Positions 1 to 13,148 of a stretch of 64,000 nucleotides of DNA are shown piece by piece (the first letter of the stretch is position 1; every line of letters begins with the position of its first letter). The DNA comes from Octopus vulgaris (taxonomy: Eukaryota): positions 40,796,001 through 40,860,000 of the forward strand of contig OX597822.1 in the NCBI GenBank assembly GCA_951406725.2. The letters are read 5' to 3'. The notes beneath the pieces are model-generated. The model saw only the letters and a list, made by a program, of their open reading frames with translations, was not told the DNA's origin and did not search any database. The position numbers and the translations under genes are program-made.

Positions 1-49
1 ACCTCGAACCATGTGGTTGGTAAGCAAGCTACTTAGCACAGCCACTCCA
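1..49 (-). mobile_element. 5' head of tRNA-derived SINE (family A), cut by window edge
   Basis: Reverse complement reads ggagtggctgtgctaagtagcttgcttaccaaccacatggttcgaggt, matching the heads of the fuller copies at 11671-12095 and 20421-20586. Confidence 0.75.
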
Positions 50-223
50 GCATTTAAACATTATTCATTTTATCATAACATTAAAAACATTTACATTATT
101 TACATTTGACGGATATTTGTCCTCATCTTGTTTGTTGTTAATACAACGTTTTGGCTGATATACCCTCCATTTTGGTTACTGAAAGTTTATAGGCTGGTTG
201 TTATATTTATTGACAATGTTGTA

Positions 224-1175
224 CTGGGTGTTCAGGTTAAATTTGACAGTTTGCATAAAAGGAAAAGGAAACTCAATATTTCATCCAAAAATAAAAGTAT
301 TTTAAAAATCAAAAAATAAATATTATGGCTGAGAGATACTGGTTTACTCAAAGTAGCCGCTCTCAGTTTCTACCGCGCCCTCACGATGGCTCCGGAACCT
401 GGTGCATGCATTCCTCACTGTGCTCCTAGAAAGATCTTCGAATACCTCCTTCATCTTGGTCACCAGCTCAACCTTGGTGTTTCAGGTAGAGCTGTTGGTG
501 TCTTTCTCAACTGTGCCCCACATATAGTAATCTATAATATTACAATCAAGAGGATTAGGAGGTCAGAAATAGGGGCTGGTGAAGTTTTAGACATTCTCCG
601 ACAACCATTTCTGACTATTTCTGGATGTTTGGCAAGGGGCCGAATCTTACTACCTCATATGTGCCCTTCCAATAGCAATCTTCTCCAACCAGGATTTGAC
701 CAGCTGCTTCATATAGCCGTCTGAATTGAGGTTAAGGCCCTGTTCAAAAGTGTGGGGCGGCATGATGTCCCTCTCATTGGAGACATACCCAAAGATCCTC
801 AGAATTTGGGGAGACTTCGTTTTTATGGTGGCCATTTCGCGTCTTACAGCCTTTACAGTGTTCACAGAGCATTGATGCCGGCAGGTAACTCTTTTTTCAG
901 TATTCAAATGGCTTCCACTCGTCCATGTTACCAAACTTTTTCTCAACCTCAGGTTTAATTTTTATGCTTTCTAACGCCATTAACTGTTCATCATTGCATC
1001 AAGAGATTCTTGAAAAGAAGGAAACAAAATCGCCAAATTTAGCCCGAAGAACTCATACATATATTTACAATTCAAAATGGCCACCCTTTCCTTTCACCAC
1101 AGTCCTTAATCTTTGTTTGAATCGTTAATAACCTATTATGTTTAAATAATGGGTAAACACATGTACAGCACCTGG
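224..1175 (-). mobile_element. Internally deleted Tc1/mariner-superfamily DNA transposon, DD37D (maT) type
   Basis: Imperfect termini TA-CTGGGTG (222-230) and CACCTGG-TA (1169-1177) enclose the transposase remnant described next. Confidence 0.75.
344..900 (-). pseudogene. DD37D transposase catalytic-domain remnant with in-frame stops
   Basis: Manual translation: ...FGYVSNERDIMPPHTFEQGLNLNSDGY...MR**DSAPCQTSRNSQKWLSENV*NFTSPYF*PPNPLDCNIIDYYMWGTVE...ACTRFRSHREGAVETESGYFE*. There are 37 residues between the second and third catalytic Asp. Confidence 0.85.
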
Positions 1176-1653
1176 TACAACAAATAAATATACATACTTA
1201 TGTTAGTTTCAGGCACATGGAAACGATAGTATAGATGGAAGTAGTTGTGGTTATGTGTGTCCCCTCTGCTTGACTGAGTCCGTTATTGAACGCTGCTAAG
1301 CCAATCATTGTATTCATTGATTACTGATGGCTGAAACAGATGTTAGACCTTTAACAGTGACAACGAGGTTACCATACATTTGTGACAATGAAATACCGCC
1401 ACTTTCGAAGCTTCAGGAACATCGAAGGTACAGTACAGGCGAGACCATTTCTGCTTCTCTGGTACCCTTGATGGATGCGCCTCATGCTGAGATCTTTGTG
1501 TTTGTTAATCACAAGCGGACGAACATGAGAGTATGAAGCGTTTTCTTCTGTTCCCAACATTTTTCATTATCACTTTGATATTTTATTTATTCATTTGCAG
1601 TTCTTCGTCAAATAACACATATATGCTTCAAAAACACGACTATTTTCTAGTTA

Positions 1654-1687
<34 letters not shown>

Positions 1688-1688
1688 C

Positions 1689-1747
<59 letters not shown>

Positions 1748-1748
<1 letters not shown>

Positions 1749-1921
1749 AGAATTCACGAAAAAAAACAAAAAACGAAGACAGGTGGTGTAGAAAACAAAC
1801 AGATGTATTAGTATAACGCTCGGGAATTGAAAAAGTCTTTAACGTTTCGAGCTTACGCTCTTCCACAGAAAGGAACACAGAAAGAAACAAGGAGAGAAAA
1901 AAATGTGTGTAGTGGCTACCG

Positions 1922-1922
<1 letters not shown>
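1748..1922 (-). mobile_element. Short non-autonomous repeat carrying a hammerhead-like motif (A6U family)
   Basis: Homologous copies at about 17565-17750 (+), 30215-30400 (+) and 45120-45290 (-), each next to a microsatellite. Confidence 0.7.
1837..1872 (-). ncRNA. Minimal type I hammerhead-like ribozyme, A6U core variant
   Basis: cttt CTGTGGA A gagc-gtaa-gctc GAAA cg TT aaag: 4-bp stem I, 4-bp stem II and palindromic ACGU stem III. Confidence 0.55.
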
Positions 1923-1992
<70 letters not shown>

Positions 1993-1993
<1 letters not shown>

Positions 1994-2166
1994 TTTATTA
2001 AAAGCAGCAGAAATATCACAAAAACTGTTACTCAGAGTTTCATGTTCCCGTTTGTTGGACAGTTCTATGTTGGAATGGAACAGAAATGGAACAAAACTGT
2101 CCGACGAACGGGAACGTGAAACTCTGAGTAACAGTTTTTGTGATATTTCTGCTGCTTTTAATAAAG
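1993..2166. repeat. Fold-back palindrome with 72-bp arms containing two opposed hammerhead copies
   Basis: 1993-2064 is the reverse complement of 2095-2166 with 3 mismatches, all CpG transitions. Confidence 0.9.
2093..2138 (+). ncRNA. Minimal type I hammerhead ribozyme, U4C core (CCGACGA)
   Basis: aaaactgt CCGACGA acg-GGAA-cgt GAAA ctctgag TA acagtttt: 8-bp stem I, stem II with GNRA loop, near-palindromic stem III, GUA cleavage triplet. Confidence 0.7.
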
Positions 2167-2286
2167 CATATTACCTCTACCTCTGCTATTTGAGTACTCT
2201 TTTTCCACCTTGTTTCACATATGTATGTATATATCTATATATATACATCAAAGCATTAAATGCTTATAAATTCCATCCTAAAATTA

Positions 2287-2357
<71 letters not shown>

Positions 2358-2548
2358 GTTATTATTATTATATTTATCCTGCATTACATCGGTTTAACTT
2401 GACACAACCTCGAAAAACTGGTTCACCAGTCAGCATTATTAGACTGTGGCCGGCATAATGGAATAGGATGTTTACTTGCATATTGAAAGCGTCACCATAA
2501 ACAAATTTAAAAGATACGTGTGTGCGTGTGTGTGTGTGTGTATGTATG

Positions 2549-2595
<47 letters not shown>

Positions 2596-2912
2596 AATAA
2601 TGTATAAATATATGCATATATACATACATATATGTACATACCTACATATATATGTACATATACATGCATTTATGGATACAGGACATCCCAAAAACGTTCA
2701 ACAAAGAGTGAAACGAAAACATAAAAACAAAATCATAGTAACGAACTTTTTTCGAACAACGAAAAAAAACAACAGAGGAACGAGATATACAACATAAAGA
2801 ATATTCCCCTTCTTCAGTTGTCCCTATTTTAACTCCCCACGTTCGAGGTCAAGAACAAAACTAGACTTCGTTCAAATAGTCCTTCTCGCAAAGCAAATTA
2901 AATAAAATTTGG

Positions 2913-2940
<28 letters not shown>

Positions 2941-2943
<3 letters not shown>

Positions 2944-3250
2944 GCATATATGAATATGAACACATATACACCACACAGATATTCTTTGGTATTGTTGATC
3001 AACTTGTAGTTGACAATGGCGCTCAATAATAAGTAAGATGAATTTCCCTATTTCGCTTTTAACTGATTATTTAGCTAGACTGGTTGATTAAGCTGTTAAA
3101 GACGAAACCTGAAATTCCAGGGAAATCAACGTCATACATACATACATACACGTATATATGCTCATATACACACACATGTATATATTATTACTGACAGTAG
3201 AGTATGCAGATATGTATGTGTGTGTATGTGTACACTTCTATATATGTATG

Positions 3251-3320
<70 letters not shown>

Positions 3321-3486
3321 ATATAGGGTAAAAAATTATTAATTTATAATTAATAAATTTCACCAAGTATTTTCAGTATAGAAAGGAACCATATTCGGTA
3401 AAAACTTATACAAGAAGTTTTATATAATCATAATAATAATTAAGGGTATGTGGCTAAGCAAAGTGTGCTAAACCTTTAATTATTGT

Positions 3487-3524
<38 letters not shown>

Positions 3525-3960
3525 CATATATAAAAAAAAGTACACATACACAGACACATATATCTCTATACTCTACAAAATATACTGAGTCCCACTGTCA
3601 GTAACAGAATATATAATATATACATGTGTGTGTATATGAGCATAGATACGTGTATGTATGTATGTATGTATGCATGTATGCATGCATGTATGTATACATG
3701 TATGCATGTATGTATGTATGTATGTATGTATGTATGTATGTATGTATGTATGTATGACGTTGATTTCACTGGTATTTCAGGTTTCGTCTTTAACAGCTTA
3801 ATCAACCAGTCTAGTTAAATAATCAGTTAAAAGCGAAATAGGGAAATTAATCTTACCAATGAATTTTACGAAATTATTCAGTGCCATTCTCAGTAAAGTT
3901 GATCAACAATACCAAAGAATATCTGTGTGGTGTATATGTGTTTATATACATATATGCATA
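2941..3960. repeat. Diverged inverted duplication (arms about 2941-3233 and 3540-3960)
   Basis: For example tatacaccacacagatattctttggtattgttgatcaact at about 2966-3004 recurs as its reverse complement at about 3897-3936. Similarity continues along both arms, with indels. Confidence 0.85.
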
Positions 3961-5821
3961 CATATATACTTATCAATATTATAACATAATAATACATGCA
4001 TACAGATAGCTATGTGCATAGGTATGAGTATGTATGTGCGTGTGTTGTGCAAATATACATAATCTTTTACACAAATGTTCACCCAGACCACAAATACATA
4101 GATGCAGTCATAAATGCACATGCAAACAAAAATATCTTATAGATATACAGGCAAATACGCACACATAGACACGAGCGCGCAGGCGCACATTCACAACACA
4201 AATACACACACAAACACAAACGCAAATACCTACATATACACAATCGTACACAAAAGTATACACATTAGTAATTATCAAACTAATAGTCGGAGCGATAATA
4301 ATATTTTTAGTGTTGATTTCGAAATGCCGAGATGATTTCGAAAATCAGCCTCAGCTGGCAAATAACTGACTCTCATCTTGTTTTCTAAGAGCAGACGACA
4401 TAACTAAAATGGCGCCGATATGTGAGCGAATTGAGAAAATGGTTGGGCGTATGATAAACATGAGTTGTAAGGCGGAATTCTACTGTTAATCAGTTAATCC
4501 ATTTGGTTCAACATTAGAACAAGCAAACCCTCGTGTGTCATTAAACAACAATGATCATTCACTGGGTAGAATTACACCCTGATTATTATTTCGCCATCGT
4601 CTGGGCGTCGCCATTTGTTCTACAGAAAGACTGAGAGATGGGAAGGCGTGAGTCGGTAATCAGAGGGAGAGAGAGAGAGATAGAGAAAGGGGGAGACGGA
4701 GAAAGATGGAGTGAGAGAGGAGGGATTTGATAATCAAAGTAGATGAGAGAGTGAGAGAAAGACGGGAGGAGAAAGAGAGAAATGGTAAAATAAAAAAAAA
4801 GTGTATGAAGAAAATATAAATAAAATACTGGTGTTCCGTGAGGGGAAGAGTGATGGTGGTAGTAGAATTGGTGACGTAATGGTATTTTGGGTGATGATAG
4901 AATGGTAGAGGTGGAGGTGGTAGTAATATAATGGTTGTAGTGGTGGTGATGACATGATGAGAGTGATGGCGATGGTGGTACTGGTGACGTAATGATGGTG
5001 TCAGAATGGTATTGCCGGTATGACGATGTGTTGGTATTGGTTGTAGTAACATAAATGAGTGGTGGTGGTGGTGTCGGTAATGGTGGTGGTAGTGGTGATG
5101 GCGGTGGTGTTGATGACGGTGTTGTGATGGCAGTGGTAGTAGTTGTGGTGATGGTGGTGGTAGTGGTGGTGCTGATGATGAGTTTATGATGGGAGTGGTG
5201 GCGTTATGGTAGCAGTGGCGATCTAATGGTTTTGGTGATAGTATGGTGACGTAAAGATTTTGGTAATAGTGATATAATTGTATTGGTTGTATTGGTTATA
5301 GTGGTATTGATGGTTGGGAGATTAATAGAAGTAGTGCAGTAGTGATGTGATGGTAGGGATAGGAGCGATGGTGGTAGTGGTGTTTGAGTGAAAACTGTGA
5401 AAGCTGAGTGAAGGTAGTAGCCGTAGAGAAGGGCACTTGAGACAATGAGTCTTGAGGAAGGGACAAAACCTGGATCCCAGGCCCTCGCCAGTCATCGCAG
5501 AACCTCTCAGGTCCTCGCAGGGCCTCGCAAGCATTCGCAGGGTTTCGCAAGCACTCGCAGATCCTCTAAGACTAGTTTGATTGATTCCATTCATATTTCA
5601 TTTAAACTGCTGCAGGTGAAGATCTGCAGGAAGGAGATTCCAGAGAGAATGTTAGATTTGTACCGATCAATTTTAGAAACTTTATCAATCAACTTCAGAA
5701 TTTTTTTATACATACTTCTAAATAAATTATCTTGAACTCAAATATTTTTAATATGTACGTTTATAAACAGGAATTTTAGCACTACATTATCATTATATCA
5801 ATTATATAAAGAATATTTTCT

Positions 5822-6041
5822 TTTTTTCCTACTCTTGCACAAGGCCCGAAAATTTTCGTGGGGGTATGGGGTGGCAGTCAATTAGATCGGCCCAGTACGC
5901 AACTGGTACTCAATTTATCGACCCCGAAAGAATGAAAGGCAAAGTCGACCTCGACGGAATTTGAACTCAGAACGTACAGACAGACAAAATACTGCTCAGC
6001 ATTTTGCCCGGCGTGTTAACGTTTCTGCCAGCTCGCCGCCT
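5822..6041 (-). mobile_element. tRNA-derived SINE, family B
   Basis: Head ggcggcgagctggcagaaacgttaacacgccggg, B-box-like gagttcaaattcc, body gtcgactttgcctttcat. Many copies in the window. Confidence 0.85.
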
Positions 6042-6079
6042 TCATATAAAGAATTCTTGAATGAAACTTGCATATATAA

Positions 6080-6401
<322 letters not shown>

Positions 6402-7214
6402 TATAATCACAATCCTCATAAAGAAAAAGCAAGTATTGATACACTATTTTTTATACTAATAAATTAGAAGCTACGAAGTAACAAATGATTGGCAGAGTTG
6501 AATTTTTAGCTCTATGAATAGACCATATATTTCATTTAAAGATCACAAGCACAATCTTTTTATAATACATCTGTGCTAATATATACAACCAAAAGTTTGT
6601 TAGATATAGAGAGAAAATGTTTGCAACTTAGACGCTGTACTTCTTAAAATTCAACAGCCAATTTACCATCATAAAACATTAGTAATTCTGGCATTTATTG
6701 TTTCAATATTATTAATTATAAACGGGTTTTTGTATTTACCGAACTGGTTATCATTGTATTTTATTCTTTAATTATCAAATCTTTCCTCTAGCAAATATTA
6801 TTTATTGCTTTTGTAATTATCTATGGTTAATGATGAATGAATGATGCTGATAAGTTTATATAAAGTAACATCAGGCTAAACATTTGTTAGTTTATTGATG
6901 TTTATATCTTAAATGTATGACACAATAAATTCTACGAATTTACATCGCATTTTATATCGAGATGACGGTTTCGCTATAGCATGTATTATGAACAGCCATC
7001 ATTTAAGTGATTTCACAAGAAATCTCTAAATTACCTAAAGATTGACACTTAAAGACTATCCTTGATACAATCTTACACATAGTATATTTTTTTAAATATT
7101 AAATTAAACTTGGAAGCAGAATGAAATGGCACAGTATATACAGACAGCTTCAAACCACACGCCTGTCATTATAAATAACATTAGCAAGGCGTGAGGTTCT
7201 GGAACGTTAGCAAG

Positions 7215-7660
7215 GCGTGAGGTTCTGGAACGTTAGCAGGCCGGGTTAAATGCTTAGCAGTATTTCGTCTGCCGGTACGTTCTGAGTTCAAATTCCGCCG
7301 ATGTAGTTTTTGTCTTTAATCCTTTCGAGGTCGATTAAATCAGTACCAGTTTCACACTGGAGTCGATATAATCGACTTAATCTGTTTGTCTGTCCCTGTT
7401 TGACCTCTCTGTGTTTAGACCCCAGTGCATAACTGGTACTTATTTAATCGACCCCGAAATGATGAAAGGCAAAGTCGACCTCGGCGGAATTTGAACTCAG
7501 AACGTAACGGCAGACGAAATACCGCTAAGCATTTCGCTCGGCGTGCTAACGTTTTCTTATTTCTTTATTGCCCACAGGGGGCTAAACATAAAGGGAACAA
7601 ACAAGGACAGACAAGGAGATGAAGTCGATTATATCGACCCCAGTGCGTAACTGGTACTAT
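7215..7660. mobile_element. Cluster of family B SINE segments in inverted orientation
   Basis: A plus copy at about 7215-7420 is followed by minus-strand segments at about 7421-7553 and 7557-7658. Confidence 0.8.
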
Positions 7661-7735
7661 TGCATACACTCCAGCAACCCGGAGGTATAGCAGGTGATGC
7701 AGTAGAAGTTTGCCTGAATCTACCAAAAGTTGAAC

Positions 7736-7836
<101 letters not shown>

Positions 7837-8649
7837 CAGCAGCAGTAGTAGTAGTAGTAGTAGTAGTAGTAATCCACTCTATTGAAATTTGGGGTCGGAG
7901 GCTAGTCGATTACATAAGTATCAGTGTCTGACTGGTTCTTATTTCATCGACACTCAAAATGAAGAAAAGTAAAATCGACCTAGGTAGAATTTGAACTCAG
8001 AAATGAAAATTGGACAAAATGCCACGAAGCAAAAGTTCTTTAAAAGTGAAAATTTATTCAGTTTTTAATGTGAGTGGAACTATCGCTAAGTATTTCTTTA
8101 AATCATTAAATATCTACCCCCAAATAATAAATATATTCATGAAATTTTTTGTAGGAATGGTGCTAAATTAATTTTCAGTTACACACATCATTTTTGTTAC
8201 AGAAATATCAAAAGTCATGAAGCGGAAACCTTAAACCTAGATCTACATCCAATTCTTCGCGATCGTGAATTTGTTTTAATCTCGTAAATTGTCCGTGAAA
8301 TCATTTCTGTTTCGAAAATCATCATTTTCTTCTACGAAGTTATTTCAACTAATGACGTTCTTTCATGGGATTATACGTATGGGGTTAATTAAAATCTCTT
8401 TTTTCAATTAAAGTACATCCAACATAGAGATACTTTCAGAAAATCTGAGACGTCTTTGGACGTAAATTTTCCCCCGTATATTTGGAGCTTAGAGCATAGT
8501 ACAACCAGCAACAAGAAATTTCTAGAGAAGATATTCGAACGTGGCAAACCTTTCAGCCAGAATAACAACGTTGCGATCTTTGTCTTCGAAACAAATGGCT
8601 GGATATTGTTCTATAAGAATTCAATTTTAAACATTATTTACATCTAGTG

Positions 8650-8900
8650 GTGGCGCGTGGCTTAGTGGTTAGGGTGTCAGCACTATGATCGTAAGATTGT
8701 GGTTTCGATTCCTGGACCGGGCGACGCGTTGGGTTCTTGAGCAAAACACTTCATTTCACATTGCTCCAGTCCACTCAGCTGGCAAAAATGAGTAACGCTG
8801 CGATTGACTGGCATCCCGTCCAGCTGGGGAACACATACGCCATAGAAACCGGGAAACCGGGCTCGTGAGCCTGGCTAGGCTTTAAAAAGGGCGCATTTAT
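8650..8900 (+). mobile_element. tRNA-derived SINE, family C
   Basis: A-box tggcttagtgg and B-box-like ggtttcgattcc. The body ttcttgagcaaaacacttcatttcac-ttgctccagtccactcagctg is shared with 40515-40848 and 40980-41300. Confidence 0.85.
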
Positions 8901-9339
8901 TTTTATTTTATTAACATCTACATGCATAAATTGGATTACTGAAATATGTAGATGTGTATGAGGACATAGTTGGGATTATAACCCCTTCTATTTACTGTGT
9001 ATGTGTGCGCAGAGGGGGTAGGGTAGGGTGAGGTCGCCCTACTATTACTGGTAGCATGTAACCCAGTCCAAACTGTTGTATGATGGGTGCGTCGGCGATT
9101 AAACTGGCAACCCCCATCAAACCTGTTTGGAGGAGGATTTTTGGACACGCAGCAGTATGAAAAACAAGACCCGTTAAAGAGCGGCTGAACTCAGGAGAGC
9201 ATCCAGTAGAGTGAAGGGCGGATGGTGCTCACCAGTCTTAATGAAGAGAATCAGTCCAGAAAGAAATCTCAGAAATAAGAACTACGAAATGGTGAAGGAT
9301 TACTGTATACGGAACATATCTATATCTATCGCCAGAAAA

Positions 9340-9574
9340 AATGCTTAGCGGTATTTTGTCTGTCTTTAGGTTCTGAATTCAAATTCTGCCGAGATCGACT
9401 TTGCCTTTCATCCTTTTGGGGTCGATAAATTATTAGCAACTGCGTACTAGAGTCGATCTAATCGACTGGCCCCCTCCCCTAAAATTTCGGGTCTTGTGCC
9501 TAGAGTAGAAAAGAACATATCTATATCTATGTCTGTCTATATATCTATCTTTCTATCTATCCTTCTCTCCCCCC

Positions 9575-9606
<32 letters not shown>

Positions 9607-9920
9607 CTTAGAAAGAAAATGTGGATTTGATTCGTGCTCCGTGGGCAGCCTTGGACTTTTTCTATCCTGAACGGTTTTTCATGCTATTATTTAATAGCTA
9701 TACGAAGACGGTGAGCTGGAAGAGTCGTTAGCACACTGGACGAAACGCTTAACGGGATTTCGCTCGTGATTACGTTCTGAGTTCAAATTCCGCCAATGTC
9801 GACTTTGCTTTTCACCCTTTTGGGATCGATAAATTAAGTACCAGTGAAACACTGGGGTCGACGTAATCGTCTCATCCCTCTCCCCAAAATTTTTTGCGCT
9901 TATGGAAAAATTTGAAACCA
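9340..9920 (+). mobile_element. Two family B SINE copies (about 9340-9514 and 9707-9920)
   Basis: Same head and body motifs as the other family B copies. Confidence 0.8.
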
Positions 9921-10012
9921 TTAGTTTTACTTGCTTCGAGACTCACAAGTTCCAAAAACGAACATTTCATGTTCTCGAGGTCCTTATGGTGCCAACAATG
10001 TATGTATATATG

Positions 10013-10055
<43 letters not shown>

Positions 10056-10169
10056 TATGGTTACATACATATAGATAAGTAAATAGATAGGTATGAATAC
10101 ATATGTATATGTATGCATGAATGAATGTATATGTACATACTTCTATTTGAGTCTGTATATATTATATAC

Positions 10170-10230
10170 ACTAGCTGACGTACCCCCGGGAATTACCGGG
10201 AAAGCGAGGCTTATACCTTGTATCCATTCT
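10170..10230 (-). mobile_element. Helitron-type 3' end
   Basis: Minus strand reads cccggtaattcccggg (hairpin) followed by ggtacgtcagCTAGT, the hairpin plus CTAG terminus typical of Helitrons. The upstream extent is uncertain. Confidence 0.55.
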
Positions 10231-10689
10231 TATAATTGTTTCGCCAATCCAATAACAACAACACAAAGTATGTAGTCCTTAAAACGGTTTTTGTGCATTT
10301 ACAGAGAATACCGAACTGTCTTACACAGGATGCTGTTATGAATACCCAAATTGTGAAGTCAGTTATGTAATAACATGAAATTAGTTATCCGATAGTAAGA
10401 ATTCAAATAAAGTAGCCCCGAAAAGGGCTTCAATGTATTTCCAGAGTATATAGAACATAGGAGGAAATACTAATAAGAAATGTATACTAAAATCGTGAAG
10501 CGTGTTACGTAACTAAAGAGATATGAGTTAAACAATTCAAAGTAAATAACTCTGAAAAAAGCTTTTCTACGTTCCCAGACAATATTACCCTCAGTGGCGC
10601 TAGTGTTGGTGTATATAGCTAACAACCCCACAAACACACTCACAAAAAGAATTTCCCACATATGTATTAGAAATGTTGTTCCTTCCTTC

Positions 10690-11020
10690 TCGAGCCATTC
10701 CTGGCTCATAAGAGCCGGTTTCCCTTCCTTCTTGAGCCATTTCTGGCTCATAAAGAACGTTTTCCCCGTTTCATTGGCGTATAGGTTCACCACCTGGACA
10801 GGACACATATCTGTCACAGGTGAGCTGCTAGATGCAAGAGGAAAGAGTGAGAGAAAAAAATGTAGCAAAAAAGTGAGCAGCAGTTCATCATTACCTTCTG
10901 TCAGAGCCGTGTGGAGCTTAGGTGTTTCACTCATAAACACATACATCGACCGGTCTGAGATTCGAAACCGCGATCCCTCGACCACGAGTGAGCTGCTCTT
11001 ACCACATGACCATGTGCCTC
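10690..11020 (-). mobile_element. tRNA-derived SINE, family D
   Basis: Minus-strand head gaggcacatggtcatgtggtaagagcagc...ggtttcgaatctc with A/B-box-like motifs. A roughly 42-bp internal duplication lies near 10680-10770. Confidence 0.65.
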
Positions 11021-11202
11021 CGCTCCGAAATGAGGAGTAGATAGACAGCCGACAACTGCCGAAGGGCCGTTCTCCGTGTTACTTGTCCTGTTTTCCATTT
11101 TTTCTCTCGTTGTTTGCGTATTTAACTCGTTTTCTTTCGTACGATATGTTGTTTACACCGTTGGCGATGTCCTGTACCCATATTTATACACACACACACA
11201 CA

Positions 11203-11288
<86 letters not shown>

Positions 11289-11464
11289 TGTATATATATA
11301 CATGTATATATATACATATTTATATATATGTATGTATATATACATGTATATATATGTATGTATATATACATACATATATATTTTTTTCTCTAGTTTCAGA
11401 TCAGAGCTGCGGCCATGATGATGCATCGCCGTTTTATATATACATATATCCTTTAATGAAAAGC

Positions 11465-11508
11465 AAACTGTCCGACGAACGAGAACGTGAAACTCTGAGT
11501 AACAGTTT
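11465..11508 (+). ncRNA. Second copy of the U4C hammerhead
   Basis: aaactgt CCGACGA acg-agaa-cgt GAAA ctctgag TA acagttt. The downstream 100 bp are homologous to 2139-2225. Confidence 0.65.
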
Positions 11509-11670
11509 TTGTGATTTTTTATTGCTTTTCAATAAAGTATATTACTATACCTCAGGTATTCGAGTACTATTTTTTCGACCTAGTTTCGCATTTATGTGCT
11601 TACTCCGGAATATACAGACATACATATATTTATATACATATATATATATACATACGCACACACATATATA

Positions 11671-12095
11671 CTCTTACTCTCTTTTACTCTTTTACTCTTT
11701 TACTTGTTTCAGTCATTTGACTGCGGCCATGCTGGAGCACCGCCTTTAGTCGAGCAAATCGACCCCGGGACTTATTCTTTGTAAGCCCAGTACTTATTCT
11801 ATCGGTCCCTTTTGCCGAACCGTTAAGTGACGGGGACGTAAACACACCAGCATCGGTTGTCAAGCAATGCTAGGGGGACAAACACAGACACACAAACATA
11901 TACATACACACTTATATATATACACATATATACGACAGGCTTCTTTCAGTTTCCGTCTACCAAATCCACTCACAAGGCATTGGTCGGCCCGGGGCTATAG
12001 CAGAAGACACTTGCCCAAGATGCCACGCAGTGGGACTGAACCCGGAACCATGTGGTTGGTTAGCAAGCTACTCACCACACAGCCACTCCTGCGCC
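11671..12095 (-). mobile_element. Full-length family A SINE with (AGTAAAAG)n-like tail
   Basis: tRNA-like head ggcgcaggagtggctgtgtgg...ggttcagtccc, central microsatellite, 3' domain and tandem tail. Confidence 0.9.
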
Positions 12096-12143
<48 letters not shown>

Positions 12144-12601
12144 CTTGTATATGTGTATGTACATATGTAAACAGGTTACAAAGAAGTCGAGTCGGGGAAA
12201 ATGCACTTATGAAAAATTACAATGCTAGATACTACAAAAAAATATTTTTCTGAAATTAATATTGAAATATATTAAATATTTTACACACAGAGAAGAGGCA
12301 AAAAGGCTTTGAAAAAAAATGTATGACTCATAAGCCAGCAGTGAATATGTGTGTATGCGTGTGTACATGTATATAAAACAGAACAAAGAAACACAAACAC
12401 AGTTACGTATACGCTGTGCATACATCTGGGGTGGTATATATATATAAATACATATGTACGAGTGCATGGGTACATATCGGATATGTGTATATATTTATAA
12501 ATGCAAATACATAGAAATGCTTATATGTGTGTGTATGTGTGTGTGTGTGTGTACCGGCGTGTGAGTGTGTATATGTATATATATATATGTATATATGTAT
12601 A

Positions 12602-12656
<55 letters not shown>

Positions 12657-13066
12657 CACAAATATATATATTTATGTTTGGATATACATATATATATATA
12701 TATATATGTATGTAAATAATATATGTATATGCATACATGTACGTGTATATATATATGTATATATATATGTATAAATATATGAATATATATATGTATATAT
12801 GCTTATATATTTATATATATGTATGTATATACATATTTTTACATATATATATATATACATATATATACATATGCATATATATATACATTCATACATACAT
12901 ACATACATACATACATACATACATACATACATACATACATACATACATACATACATACAGATAGATAGATAAAACTTGGAAGAGGATTCGTGACGTTCAA
13001 TCATATAATAGTATAAATAATATATATATATGCATATATACATACGTATATGGGCGTACTTACAAC

Positions 13067-13148
<82 letters not shown>

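Noticed and set aside
1323-1352. CTGATGG-ct-GAAA hammerhead-like string
   Set aside because: No stem II and no stem I pairing.
3084-3130. ttgattaag CTGTTAA agac GAAA cctg..cagg motif in the inverted duplication
   Set aside because: The core is too degenerate, there is no stem II, and the A15.1-U16.1 pair is not kept in both arms.
8650-8730. tRNA-like heads as tRNA genes
   Set aside because: They continue into SINE bodies, are multi-copy and diverged, and lack complete cloverleaves.
10470-11040. 171-aa and 148-aa ORFs with a repeated SQxWLxKEG peptide
   Set aside because: They overlap a SINE and its internal 42-bp duplication, and show no protein-family motif.
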